From positions 1 through 13,568 of the forward strand of contig JAIXNB010000033.1 in the NCBI GenBank assembly GCA_020697515.1: 13,568 nt of DNA, written 5' to 3'. This stretch comes from Nanobdellota archaeon. Its GTDB lineage: Archaea > Nanobdellota > Nanobdellia > Nanobdellales > Nanobdellaceae. The translations under genes and the position numbers were made by a program. The notes under the pieces were generated by a model. That model did no database searches. It had not been told where the DNA came from and saw only the letters and a program-made list of their open reading frames with translations. Below, piece by piece: positions 1 through 7,110 of this stretch; the stretch's first letter is position 1; each line of letters opens with the position of its first letter.

Positions 1-218
1 ACCACCTCCCCATGGAAAAGGGAGTGATAATTTTCTTCTACTATGGTGCAAAGGTAGGAACATTGGGAGTATTAGAAAATATTAAAACAGAACACCGATC
101 ATACGGTCATACAAGATTTGTAGTTTATAGAGATTATGATACTAATGAAATTAAAGAGACGGTTTGGGAATATGCTTATGTAATAGGTAAGGATAAACCA
201 ATAATATCTGTATTATAA
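1..218 (+). CDS. rps4e: 30S ribosomal protein S4e (eS4), C-terminal fragment; the 5' end lies outside the window
   Basis: The frame is open from the window edge (codon phase 3,6,9...) to TAA at 216-218. It has a KOW-like G.KVGTLG.L..I segment and the characteristic S4e C-terminus ...YAYVIGKDKPIISVL (compare archaeal ...VFVIGK.KP.ISL). It sits directly upstream of L5, as in the canonical archaeal spc-type cluster. Confidence 0.7.
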   Translation, partial: HLPMEKGVIIFFYYGAKVGTLGVLENIKTEHRSYGHTRFVVYRDYDTNEIKETVWEYAYVIGKDKPIISVL

Positions 219-240
219 ATTTCTAGATACTCATCTTGGA

Positions 241-258
241 TTTTTTGTCTAATTTTTT
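241..258 (+). terminator. Oligo-T tracts downstream of the S4e stop (candidate archaeal terminator)
   Basis: T6 at 241-246 and T6 at 253-258, 23-40 nt after the S4e stop. Archaeal RNA polymerase terminates at oligo-T runs. Confidence 0.3.
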
Positions 259-410
259 ACCCGTTCTAGAAACAGAAAATTTTAATCTAATACTCCACAA
301 TTTTCATTATTACAAATAAAGATAAATTTTTTAGATTTGCCCAAAAATTATCTAATATATATTTTATACACCAACAAATAATAAGAGCTTGTATCACTTG
401 ATGCGGCAAA

Positions 411-420
411 TTTTAAAATT
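411..420 (+). promoter_or_regulatory. TATA-like box for L5
   Basis: TTTTAAAATT is centred about 25 nt upstream of the ATG at 440. This spacing fits a leaderless or near-leaderless archaeal transcript. Confidence 0.35.
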
Positions 421-439
421 GTTCTATAATATTAGTGAA

Positions 440-997
440 ATGGGAAATGCTAATAGAGATAATCCTATGAGAAAGATTCTTATAGAAAAGGTTACAATAA
501 ATATAGGTGTTGGAAAGCCTGGGGAGCCATTGGAAAAAGCCCAAAAGTTATTACAAAAGCTGTTCCCAAATAAAAAAACAGTAATCACTCGAGCAAAGAG
601 AAGAGTACCAACATGGGGGATAAGACCTGGTCTTCCAATTGGTGTTAAGCTAACATTGAGAGGAAAGGAAGCTTATGATGCTTTAAGGTGGTTATTAAAA
701 GCTGTTAATAATACTTTAGAAAAATCGCAATTTGACGAATTTGGGAATTTTGGATTTGGAATAAAAGAATATGTATGGATTCCAGGAGTAAAATATGATC
801 CAGAAATAGGTATGTATGGAATGGATGTTGTAGTAACTGTTCAAAGGCCAGGATATAGGATAATGAAAAGAAGATTAAAGAGGAAAAAGGTGCCCAAAAG
901 ACATAGAACTACAAAGGAAGAAGTTATGGAATGGTTAAAGAAAGAGTTCGGGGTACAGATAGTAGAGGGGAGTGAGACACAAACACTTAGAATATAG
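440..997 (+). CDS. rpl5: 50S ribosomal protein L5 (uL5)
   Basis: MGNANRDNPMRKILIEKVTINIGVG...RPGLPIGVKLTLRG...FGFGIKEY..IPGVKYDPEIGMYGMDV.VT..RPGYR matches archaeal uL5 throughout. The track ORF starts at a TTG (389), but the first 17 codons look non-homologous. ATG 440 precedes the conserved NPM.. start and has a TATA-like box upstream. ATG 401 or 467 are alternative starts. Confidence 0.9.
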   Translation: MGNANRDNPMRKILIEKVTINIGVGKPGEPLEKAQKLLQKLFPNKKTVITRAKRRVPTWGIRPGLPIGVKLTLRGKEAYDALRWLLKAVNNTLEKSQFDEFGNFGFGIKEYVWIPGVKYDPEIGMYGMDVVVTVQRPGYRIMKRRLKRKKVPKRHRTTKEEVMEWLKKEFGVQIVEGSETQTLRI

Positions 998-1000
998 TTT

Positions 1001-1012
1001 ATTTTTAAAAAT
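1001..1012. terminator. Bidirectional oligo-T/oligo-A element between the convergent L5 and L32e genes
   Basis: ATTTTTAAAAAT is a palindrome in the 23-nt gap between the two stop codons. It reads as T5 on both strands. Confidence 0.35.
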
Positions 1013-1020
1013 ACTCTTTA

Positions 1021-1440
1021 TTAATTCGCCGATTGCAATTCTTTTAGCTCGGCTGGTCTAATATTCCATATTTCTATCTCCAACTCTCGAGCTTTTCTAA
1101 TAATCTCCAATCTCTTTCTTTTACCCACCGCAGACGCTATGATTGCCGCCTCCTTTTCTTTATCTACTCTCTCCAACTCTTTAATGTTATGAATGATAAC
1201 GGGTTTCCTACCATTAGGTAATAATCCTCTAACTTTTTTTGGAGATCCATAACCAGTTTCAACCATCGCAGGTCTACCTTTCAACCTTCTTCTAATTTTA
1301 TTATGTATACCGTGGGGTCTCCTCCATGAATTTTTTTTCCTCTTTAGAGATGGTCTTGTCCACCAGTGAGGTCTAAAATGGTTTGGTTTCTTTCTTTTTA
1401 TTTTCTTTCTAAGTCTTAATAAAGATTTTATTGATACCAT
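1021..1440 (-). CDS. rpl32e: 50S ribosomal protein L32e (eL32)
   Basis: ...HFRPHWWTR..LKRKKNSWRRPHGIHNKIRRRLKGRPAMVETGYGSPKKVRGLLPNGRKPVIIHN..ELE....EKEAAIIASAVGKRKRLEI..KA.ELEI.I.N is typical eL32. I prefer the ATG at 1440-1438 (MVSIKS...), which lies 1 nt after the L6 stop (TAA 1444-1442). The track start at 1470 would overlap L6 by 29 nt. Confidence 0.9.
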   Translation of the reverse strand: MVSIKSLLRLRKKIKRKKPNHFRPHWWTRPSLKRKKNSWRRPHGIHNKIRRRLKGRPAMVETGYGSPKKVRGLLPNGRKPVIIHNIKELERVDKEKEAAIIASAVGKRKRLEIIRKARELEIEIWNIRPAELKELQSAN

Positions 1441-1441
1441 A

Positions 1442-1990
1442 TTATGTATATTTAGTGTAAGGTTTTTCAACTATATATAGGCCATCCTGGAACTTTCTGG
1501 GATCCTTTCCTACTATTCTTGTAAGCTGCTCAAGAAGACCCGCCACATTGCCTGCTTTTTCAATATCATGAGATTCTACTATAACATACTCTCCCTCAAT
1601 TTTAACTTTAACATCATTTGGAAGATGTAATACTCTGGAAGTTTTTTCTCCTAAAAAGTTTTCTATTATGAACTTATTGCCCTGTATTTTCATTTTAAAT
1701 GGGAAGTGTACATATACTGCCTTTAGTTTATATCTGAATCCCTCAGTTACCCCTTTAATCATGTTCTCTATATGACTAACCCATGTATTAAACACTCTTT
1801 TTTTTCTTCTAGTTGGGAAGTATGTCACTAATTTTATTTTCTTATCTTCGGTGATAATTTTTATTGAAGGATAGTCGAATTTCCTTTTAATCTCTCCCTT
1901 AGGACCCTTTATTATTAATTCATTATTCTTTAACTCTACCTGAACATCTTCCGGAACTTCTATTTCTTCTTCTAATTTAAAAGGTCTCAT
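1442..1990 (-). CDS. rpl6: 50S ribosomal protein L6 (uL6)
   Basis: ...LIIKGPKGEI.R.F....I......K.....HI.NMIKGVTEGFRYKLK.VY.HFP...K..G....IENFLGEK..R........VKV.I.GE.V.VES.D.E..G..A...EQ.T.I.GKD.R.FQDGLYIVEK is the archaeal uL6 pattern. It is followed immediately by L32e, as in the canonical order. Confidence 0.93.
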   Translation of the reverse strand: MRPFKLEEEIEVPEDVQVELKNNELIIKGPKGEIKRKFDYPSIKIITEDKKIKLVTYFPTRRKKRVFNTWVSHIENMIKGVTEGFRYKLKAVYVHFPFKMKIQGNKFIIENFLGEKTSRVLHLPNDVKVKIEGEYVIVESHDIEKAGNVAGLLEQLTRIVGKDPRKFQDGLYIVEKPYTKYT

Positions 1991-2010
1991 AGAACTATTT
2001 CAACAAACAA

Positions 2011-2020
2011 TATTTATAAA
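2011..2020 (-). promoter_or_regulatory. TATA box for the L6-L32e transcript
   Basis: The minus strand reads TTTATAAATA, centred about 25 nt upstream of the L6 ATG (1990-1988). This implies a leaderless mRNA. Confidence 0.45.
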
Positions 2021-2265
2021 GGTATATATTTTGTGATAGCAAATAATGTTTCTCCGCTACACTTATATTTCTATTTTGGATTATTTTGTAATTAATCTTT
2101 TTAAATAGAGGGACTATTTTTATAGTTTTGAAATCCATAAACCCATCTCATAATGATTTCACGGTTCGGTTAGTTTTAATGAAATAGGGTCGGAGCAACC
2201 CTTTTATTGATATTTTATATTTATATAAGTTATCTCATTTAAATGCTTTTTGAAAAATAAATCTT

Positions 2266-2898
2266 ATGCGTGTTATGAAAATGAATATAGATGGTATAGT
2301 ACATATTGGGTTACTACTACACCTATTTGAAGATTTTGTAGTAGTATCTAACAGTGTTAATGATAAGTATCTGAAAAATTTTGACATCAAAATAGAGAGA
2401 GCGAATGCAGATATTGTTGGACCTTATATATTGGAATGGGAAGATAAAATAATCGTGTCAAAAAGATCTCCTAAGGATTTAATTGAATGTATAAATAAAT
2501 ATAAGGATGTGGTCTTAGTGGATACTAAAGCTAACCTGCTGGGTAATTTATTTACAATAGGGAATAATGGAATAATTTTCTCTAAGGCTAGTAAAAAAGA
2601 TGTAGAAACTCTTGTCAATTTGACCGGATTACCTGCTTATATAGTAAAAACAGAGTATCTCACTAGCACACTTATTAAGATATATAATAATCGGGCGATG
2701 GTTAGTCAGCTTCTATCAGATAGAATATTAGATAAAATAAAGGGGATTCTGGGAATGGAGAAGTTTGATGTTGGATCTGTAAACTTTGGTAGTCCATACC
2801 TAAAATATGGAATTGAAATTAATAGAAATTATCTCATTGTTGGTGATATGACCACCGGTCACGAACTAATAAAAATAGAGGAGTTTTTCACTAAATAG
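2266..2898 (+). CDS. eif6: Translation initiation factor 6 (aIF6)
   Basis: The 210-aa product has the pentein-like repeat pattern of aIF6: ...IGLL....E.F.VV..., ...LGNLFT.GNNG.I.S......, and the hallmark C-terminal ...LIVGDMTTGHELIKIEEFF (compare GDTTGPEL..IED). Confidence 0.85.
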   Translation: MRVMKMNIDGIVHIGLLLHLFEDFVVVSNSVNDKYLKNFDIKIERANADIVGPYILEWEDKIIVSKRSPKDLIECINKYKDVVLVDTKANLLGNLFTIGNNGIIFSKASKKDVETLVNLTGLPAYIVKTEYLTSTLIKIYNNRAMVSQLLSDRILDKIKGILGMEKFDVGSVNFGSPYLKYGIEINRNYLIVGDMTTGHELIKIEEFFTK

Positions 2899-2943
2899 TT
2901 AGAGGGATCAACTATTTTAAATTTTAGTTTAGATTTATTTTGA

Positions 2944-3240
2944 ATGGATAAAAAAGTATTTAGAATAAAAGGAGTAATTGTAAAAAGGAAGCTACTTAGA
3001 CCCAAAATAAAAAAGGAAGGGTTGCCAACATATAGAAGAGTCGTAATAACATTTGAAAGAGAGCTAGTCGCTGTTAATGAAAAAGACGCTTTGGAGAAAA
3101 TATATTCTTTGTATGGGGGTATACATAGAGTAAAGAGATTTCAAATAAAGATAAAAGAAATAAAGGAGGTACCTATCGAAGAGGTTAAAGATCTGCAACT
3201 CAAAAAGTTCCTCTTAGCTATCCAAAATGGAGAAATCTGA
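2944..3240 (+). CDS. rplX: 50S ribosomal protein LX (eL20 / L18Ae)
   Basis: [10 protein letters not shown]....(insert)....[36 protein letters not shown] matches the archaeal LX signature (..F.V.G.......F.kEv.A.nE.dAlEkvYS.lGS.H.vKR..I.I.Ev.EI). Its position between aIF6 and prefoldin alpha is the conserved archaeal neighbourhood. Confidence 0.8.
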   Translation: MDKKVFRIKGVIVKRKLLRPKIKKEGLPTYRRVVITFERELVAVNEKDALEKIYSLYGGIHRVKRFQIKIKEIKEVPIEEVKDLQLKKFLLAIQNGEI

Positions 3241-3565
3241 GCTATTAGAGTTATACTACTCTCTTAAAGAAGAGTATGAGGGAGTAATTAAAAAAATTGC
3301 TGAGTTTGAGTTACTGAAGGAGGGTTTGAAAGAACTGAAAACAGGAGAGACATACATTAATTTCGGAGGGATGCTATTCTTAAAAGCAAAAATATTAGAT
3401 GTTAATAATATCTTAGTTAATATTGGAAATAATATTTTCATAGAAAAGAGTAGAGATGATATAATAAAGATATTGGAGGATAACATAAAGAACCTAGAGA
3501 ACTTAAAGAAGGATCTAGAATCTCAAATTGAAGAGATTAAGGAAAAAATAAAGAATCTAAAGTAA
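3227..3565 (+). CDS. pfdA: Prefoldin alpha subunit (short form, 112 aa)
   Basis: A coiled-coil N-terminus is followed by two beta-hairpin segments, ...[43 protein letters not shown]..., and a C-terminal coiled coil. This matches the PfdA core (.vPiG.g.fvkA.i.d.dkv.V.iGag..vEks.deAi..l). The start overlaps the LX stop by 14 nt. Confidence 0.75.
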   Translation: MEKSELLELYYSLKEEYEGVIKKIAEFELLKEGLKELKTGETYINFGGMLFLKAKILDVNNILVNIGNNIFIEKSRDDIIKILEDNIKNLENLKKDLESQIEEIKEKIKNLK

Positions 3566-3569
3566 CTAA

Positions 3570-4442
3570 TCACTCTAGTACTCCATACAAATTTTCTATA
3601 GATCTTTTTAAGATAAAATCTAAGACCATTCCAAATATTTTAGATATCCATAACTCTTCTTTTTTGAAGGATATTTCTACAAAAGCTATATCATTTTTAC
3701 TAGTATTAAGCTCCTCGGCAATAATATTTTTTGCAGTTTCATAATCACCCAAGTTATCGACCAAACCAAGTTCCTTCGCTTCTATACCAAAGAACCACTC
3801 TCCTGAAAGAACAGCAGATCTATTATGTATATTTCTTTTGTTTAACACATCATTTTTGAATTTATCTACGAATATTTTGAGTTTTCTATGTAATATCTCT
3901 TTCTCATGTTCTGTTAAATTTCTATATGGATTTCCCAAATCTTTTAATCTACCCTCTTTAATTATAACAGGTTCTACCCCTATTTTTCTCAAAAGACCTG
4001 CAAAGTTCATATACATAATAACACCTCCAATAGAACCTGTGATAGCATATGGTTCAGCTACTATGTAATCTGCTTGAGAGCATATCCAATATGCGGCTGA
4101 CGTTCCATAGTATTTAATATAGCAAACTTTTGGTACAGAGAGATTTTTTATTGCCTGAACAATTTTAAATGTTTCTAAACCCCCTCCTGGCGAATCTATA
4201 TATAATATTAACCCATCTCCTTTAAAATTCTCCAAAAAGTTGGATAATTTATCAATATCCATATATTTATAACTTATTACATCGTCAATTTTAACTACAT
4301 AAACTGTCTTTTTATGTATAAAATAACCAGCATTTTTTATTACATATGCCGCAAGGGCAATTACAAATATAAAAACTACAGATAGTATTATAAAAAATTT
4401 TGTTGATCTATTTTTCCAAATATTCCTTATAAAAGAGATCAA
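3570..4442 (-). CDS. sppA: Signal peptide peptidase SppA, 36K type (peptidase S49), with an N-terminal membrane anchor
   Basis: There is an N-terminal TM segment (FFIILSVVFIFVIALAAYVI). S49 motifs are present: IDSPGG, the catalytic-Ser region GTSAAYW, ITGSIGGV, and the Lys region KEGRLKDLGNPYRNLTEHEKE. The start is a TTG at 4442-4440 that overlaps the L3 stop TGA (4441-4439). No in-frame ATG occurs before the TM helix. Confidence 0.85.
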   Translation of the reverse strand: MISFIRNIWKNRSTKFFIILSVVFIFVIALAAYVIKNAGYFIHKKTVYVVKIDDVISYKYMDIDKLSNFLENFKGDGLILYIDSPGGGLETFKIVQAIKNLSVPKVCYIKYYGTSAAYWICSQADYIVAEPYAITGSIGGVIMYMNFAGLLRKIGVEPVIIKEGRLKDLGNPYRNLTEHEKEILHRKLKIFVDKFKNDVLNKRNIHNRSAVLSGEWFFGIEAKELGLVDNLGDYETAKNIIAEELNTSKNDIAFVEISFKKEELWISKIFGMVLDFILKRSIENLYGVLE

Positions 4443-5449
4443 TTCTTAGCGTGTAAAGATATGTGAGTCACTTTTGGAGCCTCTGTAGGTATTGAGTTAT
4501 TAGGTCTTATAGCTTTTCTTATTATGATCAATCTTTTTGCTGGACCAGGAACTGAGCCCTTTATTGCTATCCACGTAGATCTAACTAACCCATAATGGGG
4601 CCATCCTGATTTTGGATTTATTTCATCTGGGTTATCAGATATTTTTAATAACCACTTATTATATTCTGTTCTTCTGTGATATCCCATTTGTCCTGGCATT
4701 GGCGTAGTAGGTAATATTCTGTGATACCCCCATGCGCCTTTTGATTGAGTACCTCTTGCTCTCTTATCATGTTTGTGTGGTTTTGGATATATTTTAACAC
4801 CGAATCTCTTTACCTCACCCTGGAACCCTTTACCTTTTGTTACAGCTATAACATCTACTTGCTCTCCTTCAGAAAATATTTCATTTATAAGTAGATTCTG
4901 ACCTAGTTTAGATTTTGCATAGTCCCAAATTTCTTCAATATTATCCCCTCCAACTGGAATCTCAAATATCTCTGGAGTCTTTTTTCGTATACCGGCTACC
5001 CATGGTTGTGTATGAACTATTAGTTTAATCAAGGAGATTTCTGATAATAGCTCATTTTCTATTCTTTCTATCTTCTTATCAGCATCCTTTATGCTAAATG
5101 TAGATACCTTTCTCTTTATCCTGGGATCTATATTCGTGGACCAAACTTCTGTTAAAGTTTTATACCCATCCCCAGATAATTTATACAACCTTATTCCTGC
5201 AACCTTAAGAGGAGGGACTTCTATAACTGTTACTGGAACAATTATTTCACTTCCTCTAGTGGAAGACTTCGATCTATTATCAATTATAAATATATGAGTC
5301 ATTCCCACCTTATACCCCGCAAATGCAACTGGTTTTATCTCTTCAATTTTTGGCCATGATTTTATTCTTGGATAAATTCTGCTAGCTCTCTTTCTGGGCC
5401 AGAATCCCATCGACCCCCTTCTGGGTCTATTATGACCGTGCTGAGGCAT
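4439..5449 (-). CDS. rpl3: 50S ribosomal protein L3 (uL3)
   Basis: ...RPRRGSMGFWPRKRA.......SWP......AF.GYKVGMTH........VPVTVIE.PP..V.G.R.Y......TKGKGFQG..KR.GV........H.K..R..G..........PGQMGYHRRTEYNK...KI......INP..G...YG.V......IKGSVPGP.KRL...R..IRP is a full-length archaeal uL3 pattern. Confidence 0.95.
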   Translation of the reverse strand: MPQHGHNRPRRGSMGFWPRKRASRIYPRIKSWPKIEEIKPVAFAGYKVGMTHIFIIDNRSKSSTRGSEIIVPVTVIEVPPLKVAGIRLYKLSGDGYKTLTEVWSTNIDPRIKRKVSTFSIKDADKKIERIENELLSEISLIKLIVHTQPWVAGIRKKTPEIFEIPVGGDNIEEIWDYAKSKLGQNLLINEIFSEGEQVDVIAVTKGKGFQGEVKRFGVKIYPKPHKHDKRARGTQSKGAWGYHRILPTTPMPGQMGYHRRTEYNKWLLKISDNPDEINPKSGWPHYGLVRSTWIAIKGSVPGPAKRLIIIRKAIRPNNSIPTEAPKVTHISLHAKN

Positions 5450-5470
5450 TGATAAATAGAGATAAAAAAG

Positions 5471-5480
5471 ATTTATAAAT
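5471..5480 (-). promoter_or_regulatory. TATA box for the L3-SppA transcript
   Basis: ATTTATAAAT is near-palindromic and centred about 26 nt upstream of the L3 ATG (5449). Confidence 0.45.
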
Positions 5481-5645
5481 AACTGTTTTTGGATTGGGCG
5501 TTAATAAAAGGTATTTCTAATCATAGTAAGTTCTGAGTATATATTAAAAGACTTTTTGAATAACCTTTAATGCTTAAGTAACATGGTCTACTTTGTTTTT
5601 CTAAAATTCTGTTTATAAATTTTATTCTAGACTGTATTTTGTTGA

Positions 5646-5655
5646 AATTTAAAAT
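5646..5655 (+). promoter_or_regulatory. TATA-like box for the methyltransferase gene
   Basis: AATTTAAAAT is centred about 30 nt upstream of the ATG at 5681. Confidence 0.3.
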
Positions 5656-5680
5656 ACTAATTTAATACTAAATATAGATT

Positions 5681-6622
5681 ATGAAACTATATAAAACAAG
5701 AGCTATTCAAAATACGCCATTTAAAAAGGTATTAAAGCATATCAAGTTAAATAATCTAGTTATTAAAGATTATGATGAAAAAAAGAGATATTCTATTGAT
5801 GAAATAAAAAACAAAGTTATCTTGGGAGATGCCTTAAAAGTTTTGAAGAAAATAGATGATGAAGTGTTTGATATGGTATTTATTGATCCTCCCTACTTTT
5901 TACAATTACCAAATAAAAAATTAAAGAGATGGCATGTAAGAACTAATGTAGATAGGGTTAATGACGATTGGGATAAGTTTTCATCTTTCCAAGAGTACGA
6001 TGAGTTTATAACTAGTCTTTTAACTGAAGTTAAGAGAGTTATGAAACCGAATGCTACAATTTGGGTTATTGGTACATATCATAACATATTTAGGATTGGT
6101 AAAATTATGCAGGACTTAGGATATTGGATACTCAATGATGTTATGTGGATTAAAACAAATCCCATGCCGAATTGGTTAGGGGTAAGATTTACTAATGCTA
6201 CTGAAACATTAATATGGGCTGTAAAAGATAAGAATGTGAAGAACTATACGTTCAATAGAGAATATGCGCGAAAATTTGGTATAGGTAAGATTGGAGCAAA
6301 TGTATGGGTTTTACCAATATGTCAAGGCAGTGAGAGGTTGAAAAATGAAGATGGAAAAAGGTTACATTCAACACAAAAACCAATCGAATTATTAAAAAGA
6401 GTTATTCTAGTATCTACAAAGGAAGGAGACTTAATTTTAGACCCATTGGCTGGAACTGGAACAACAGGATATGTAGCAAAAGCTCTAAATAGAGATTTTG
6501 TTATGATTGAAATTAATGAAAAATATGTGAGGGGTATTATGGAGAGATTTAAAAAACCTTTGAAAATTGGAGAAGATTCAAATCCTGAATCTGAGAAGAT
6601 TAAGAAATATTTGGGATTATGA
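5681..6622 (+). CDS. Beta-class DNA N6-adenine methyltransferase, CcrM / M.HinfI-like (predicted GANTC specificity)
   Basis: Motif IV FIDPPY lies N-terminal and motif I LDPLAGTGTTG lies C-terminal, which is the beta-class order. The conserved block WDKF.SF.EYD.F......E.KRV.K....IWVIGTYHNIFRIG...QDLGYWILNDV.W.KTNPMPN..G.RFTNATETLIWA......K.YTFN......W..P.C.G.ERLK..DG...HSTQKP..LL.R.IL.S.KEGD.ILDP closely matches what I recall of Caulobacter CcrM / M.HinfI. The protein lacks the long CcrM C-terminal extension. Confidence 0.88.
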   Translation: MKLYKTRAIQNTPFKKVLKHIKLNNLVIKDYDEKKRYSIDEIKNKVILGDALKVLKKIDDEVFDMVFIDPPYFLQLPNKKLKRWHVRTNVDRVNDDWDKFSSFQEYDEFITSLLTEVKRVMKPNATIWVIGTYHNIFRIGKIMQDLGYWILNDVMWIKTNPMPNWLGVRFTNATETLIWAVKDKNVKNYTFNREYARKFGIGKIGANVWVLPICQGSERLKNEDGKRLHSTQKPIELLKRVILVSTKEGDLILDPLAGTGTTGYVAKALNRDFVMIEINEKYVRGIMERFKKPLKIGEDSNPESEKIKKYLGL

Positions 6623-6659
6623 TAACTAAATGGGTTATAAAAATACCGTAAAAGTTTGA

Positions 6660-7110
6660 ATGAATATATTCGTAGGAGAAAAGAGAACTTTTAATAAAAT
6701 TATCCGAAAATCCTAAACGTTCTATAGAGATTGTTTAAGCTTACAAAACCGATTGTTAGCATCTTTCAAAATTTTTATAGTCTTTTCCACACATAGTCGC
6801 AGCGGGTCTAAAATTTAGTTCCTGAGCTGAACAAAAAAAGATGTAACCCTAAATCCCTCACCCTATATAGAACTCCCGACTTTATAGGAAGATCAGCTGA
6901 AGTAAAATTTGATAATAGTTCAGATATTAGTTTTGAGAAAATTAAAGATCTAAATAAGAACCTAAATAAAAGAACAAATAATAAAGGCAGTATTTAGAAA
7001 TAGAAAAACATTAGGAACACTTGTTAGATTCTTTAATGAAAGATTGAAAAAAGAATATCAAAACTTGCCAAAATGATAAAGCAAAAACTAAAAGAATATG
7101 GTTTAGGATA
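6660..7110 (+). pseudogene. Possible decayed ORF downstream of the methyltransferase (stop- and frameshift-interrupted); function unknown, speculatively a nuclease relic
   Basis: ATG 6660 opens 18 codons and a stop, then 33 open codons in the same frame up to 6815. A frame shift leads into a 61-codon open stretch (6812-6994): NLVPELNKKRCNPKSLTLYRTPDFIGRSAEVKFDNSSDISFEKIKDLNKNLNKRTNNKGSI. After that come several closely spaced stops with coding-looking lysine-rich text up to about 7110. No intact ORF of 60 aa or more with a start codon is present. Confidence 0.2.

Noticed and set aside
389-439. N-terminal extension of L5 from the TTG at 389 (MYHLMRQILKLFYNISE)
   Set aside because: It has no similarity to uL5 N-termini. 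It would place the TATA-like box at 411-420 inside the coding region. The conserved NPM... start region begins just after ATG 440.
2150-2206. Possible C/D-box sRNA or small structured RNA between L6 and aIF6 (AATGATTT, a weak hairpin at 2157-2184, and an AGGGT/ACCCT hairpin at 2186-2202 followed by TTTT)
   Set aside because: The C-box-like sequence deviates from RUGAUGA, and there is no CUGA D or D' box. The first stem is 5 AT-rich bp with an 18-nt loop. The second hairpin loop (CGGAGCA) fits neither an anticodon loop nor a T-loop consensus. It is indistinguishable from chance without expression or conservation data.
2424-2618. 64-aa minus-strand ORF inside aIF6
   Set aside because: It is antisense to a well-supported gene and encodes a low-complexity Leu/Ser/Ile-rich product with no motif. 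This is a typical shadow ORF.
3256-3486. 76-aa minus-strand ORF inside the prefoldin gene
   Set aside because: It is an antisense shadow ORF with Ser/Phe/Ile-rich composition that mirrors the Glu/Lys-rich sense strand.
3838-4068. 76-aa plus-strand ORF inside sppA
   Set aside because: It is antisense to a gene with clear S49 motifs and has no recognisable features.
5091-5297. 68-aa plus-strand ORF inside rpl3
   Set aside because: It is antisense to full-length uL3, so it is a shadow ORF.
1-6600. Test for GANTC avoidance as a sign of an active HinfI-like restriction system
   Set aside because: Scanning by eye, I count about 18 GANTC sites in the first 6.6 kb. A composition of about 30% GC predicts roughly 1 per 360 bp, so there is no visible depletion. 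This neither supports nor excludes restriction. The count is manual and approximate, so I draw no conclusion from it.
6793-6881. tRNA-like long-range pairing (AGTCG at 6795-6799 with CGACT at 6877-6881, enclosing about 78 nt and a GTTC/GAAC mini-hairpin)
   Set aside because: The acceptor-like stem reaches only 5 bp and then mismatches. There is no GTTCRANYC T-loop and no D-arm consensus, and the interior is AT-rich. This is not a tRNA or a split-tRNA half.
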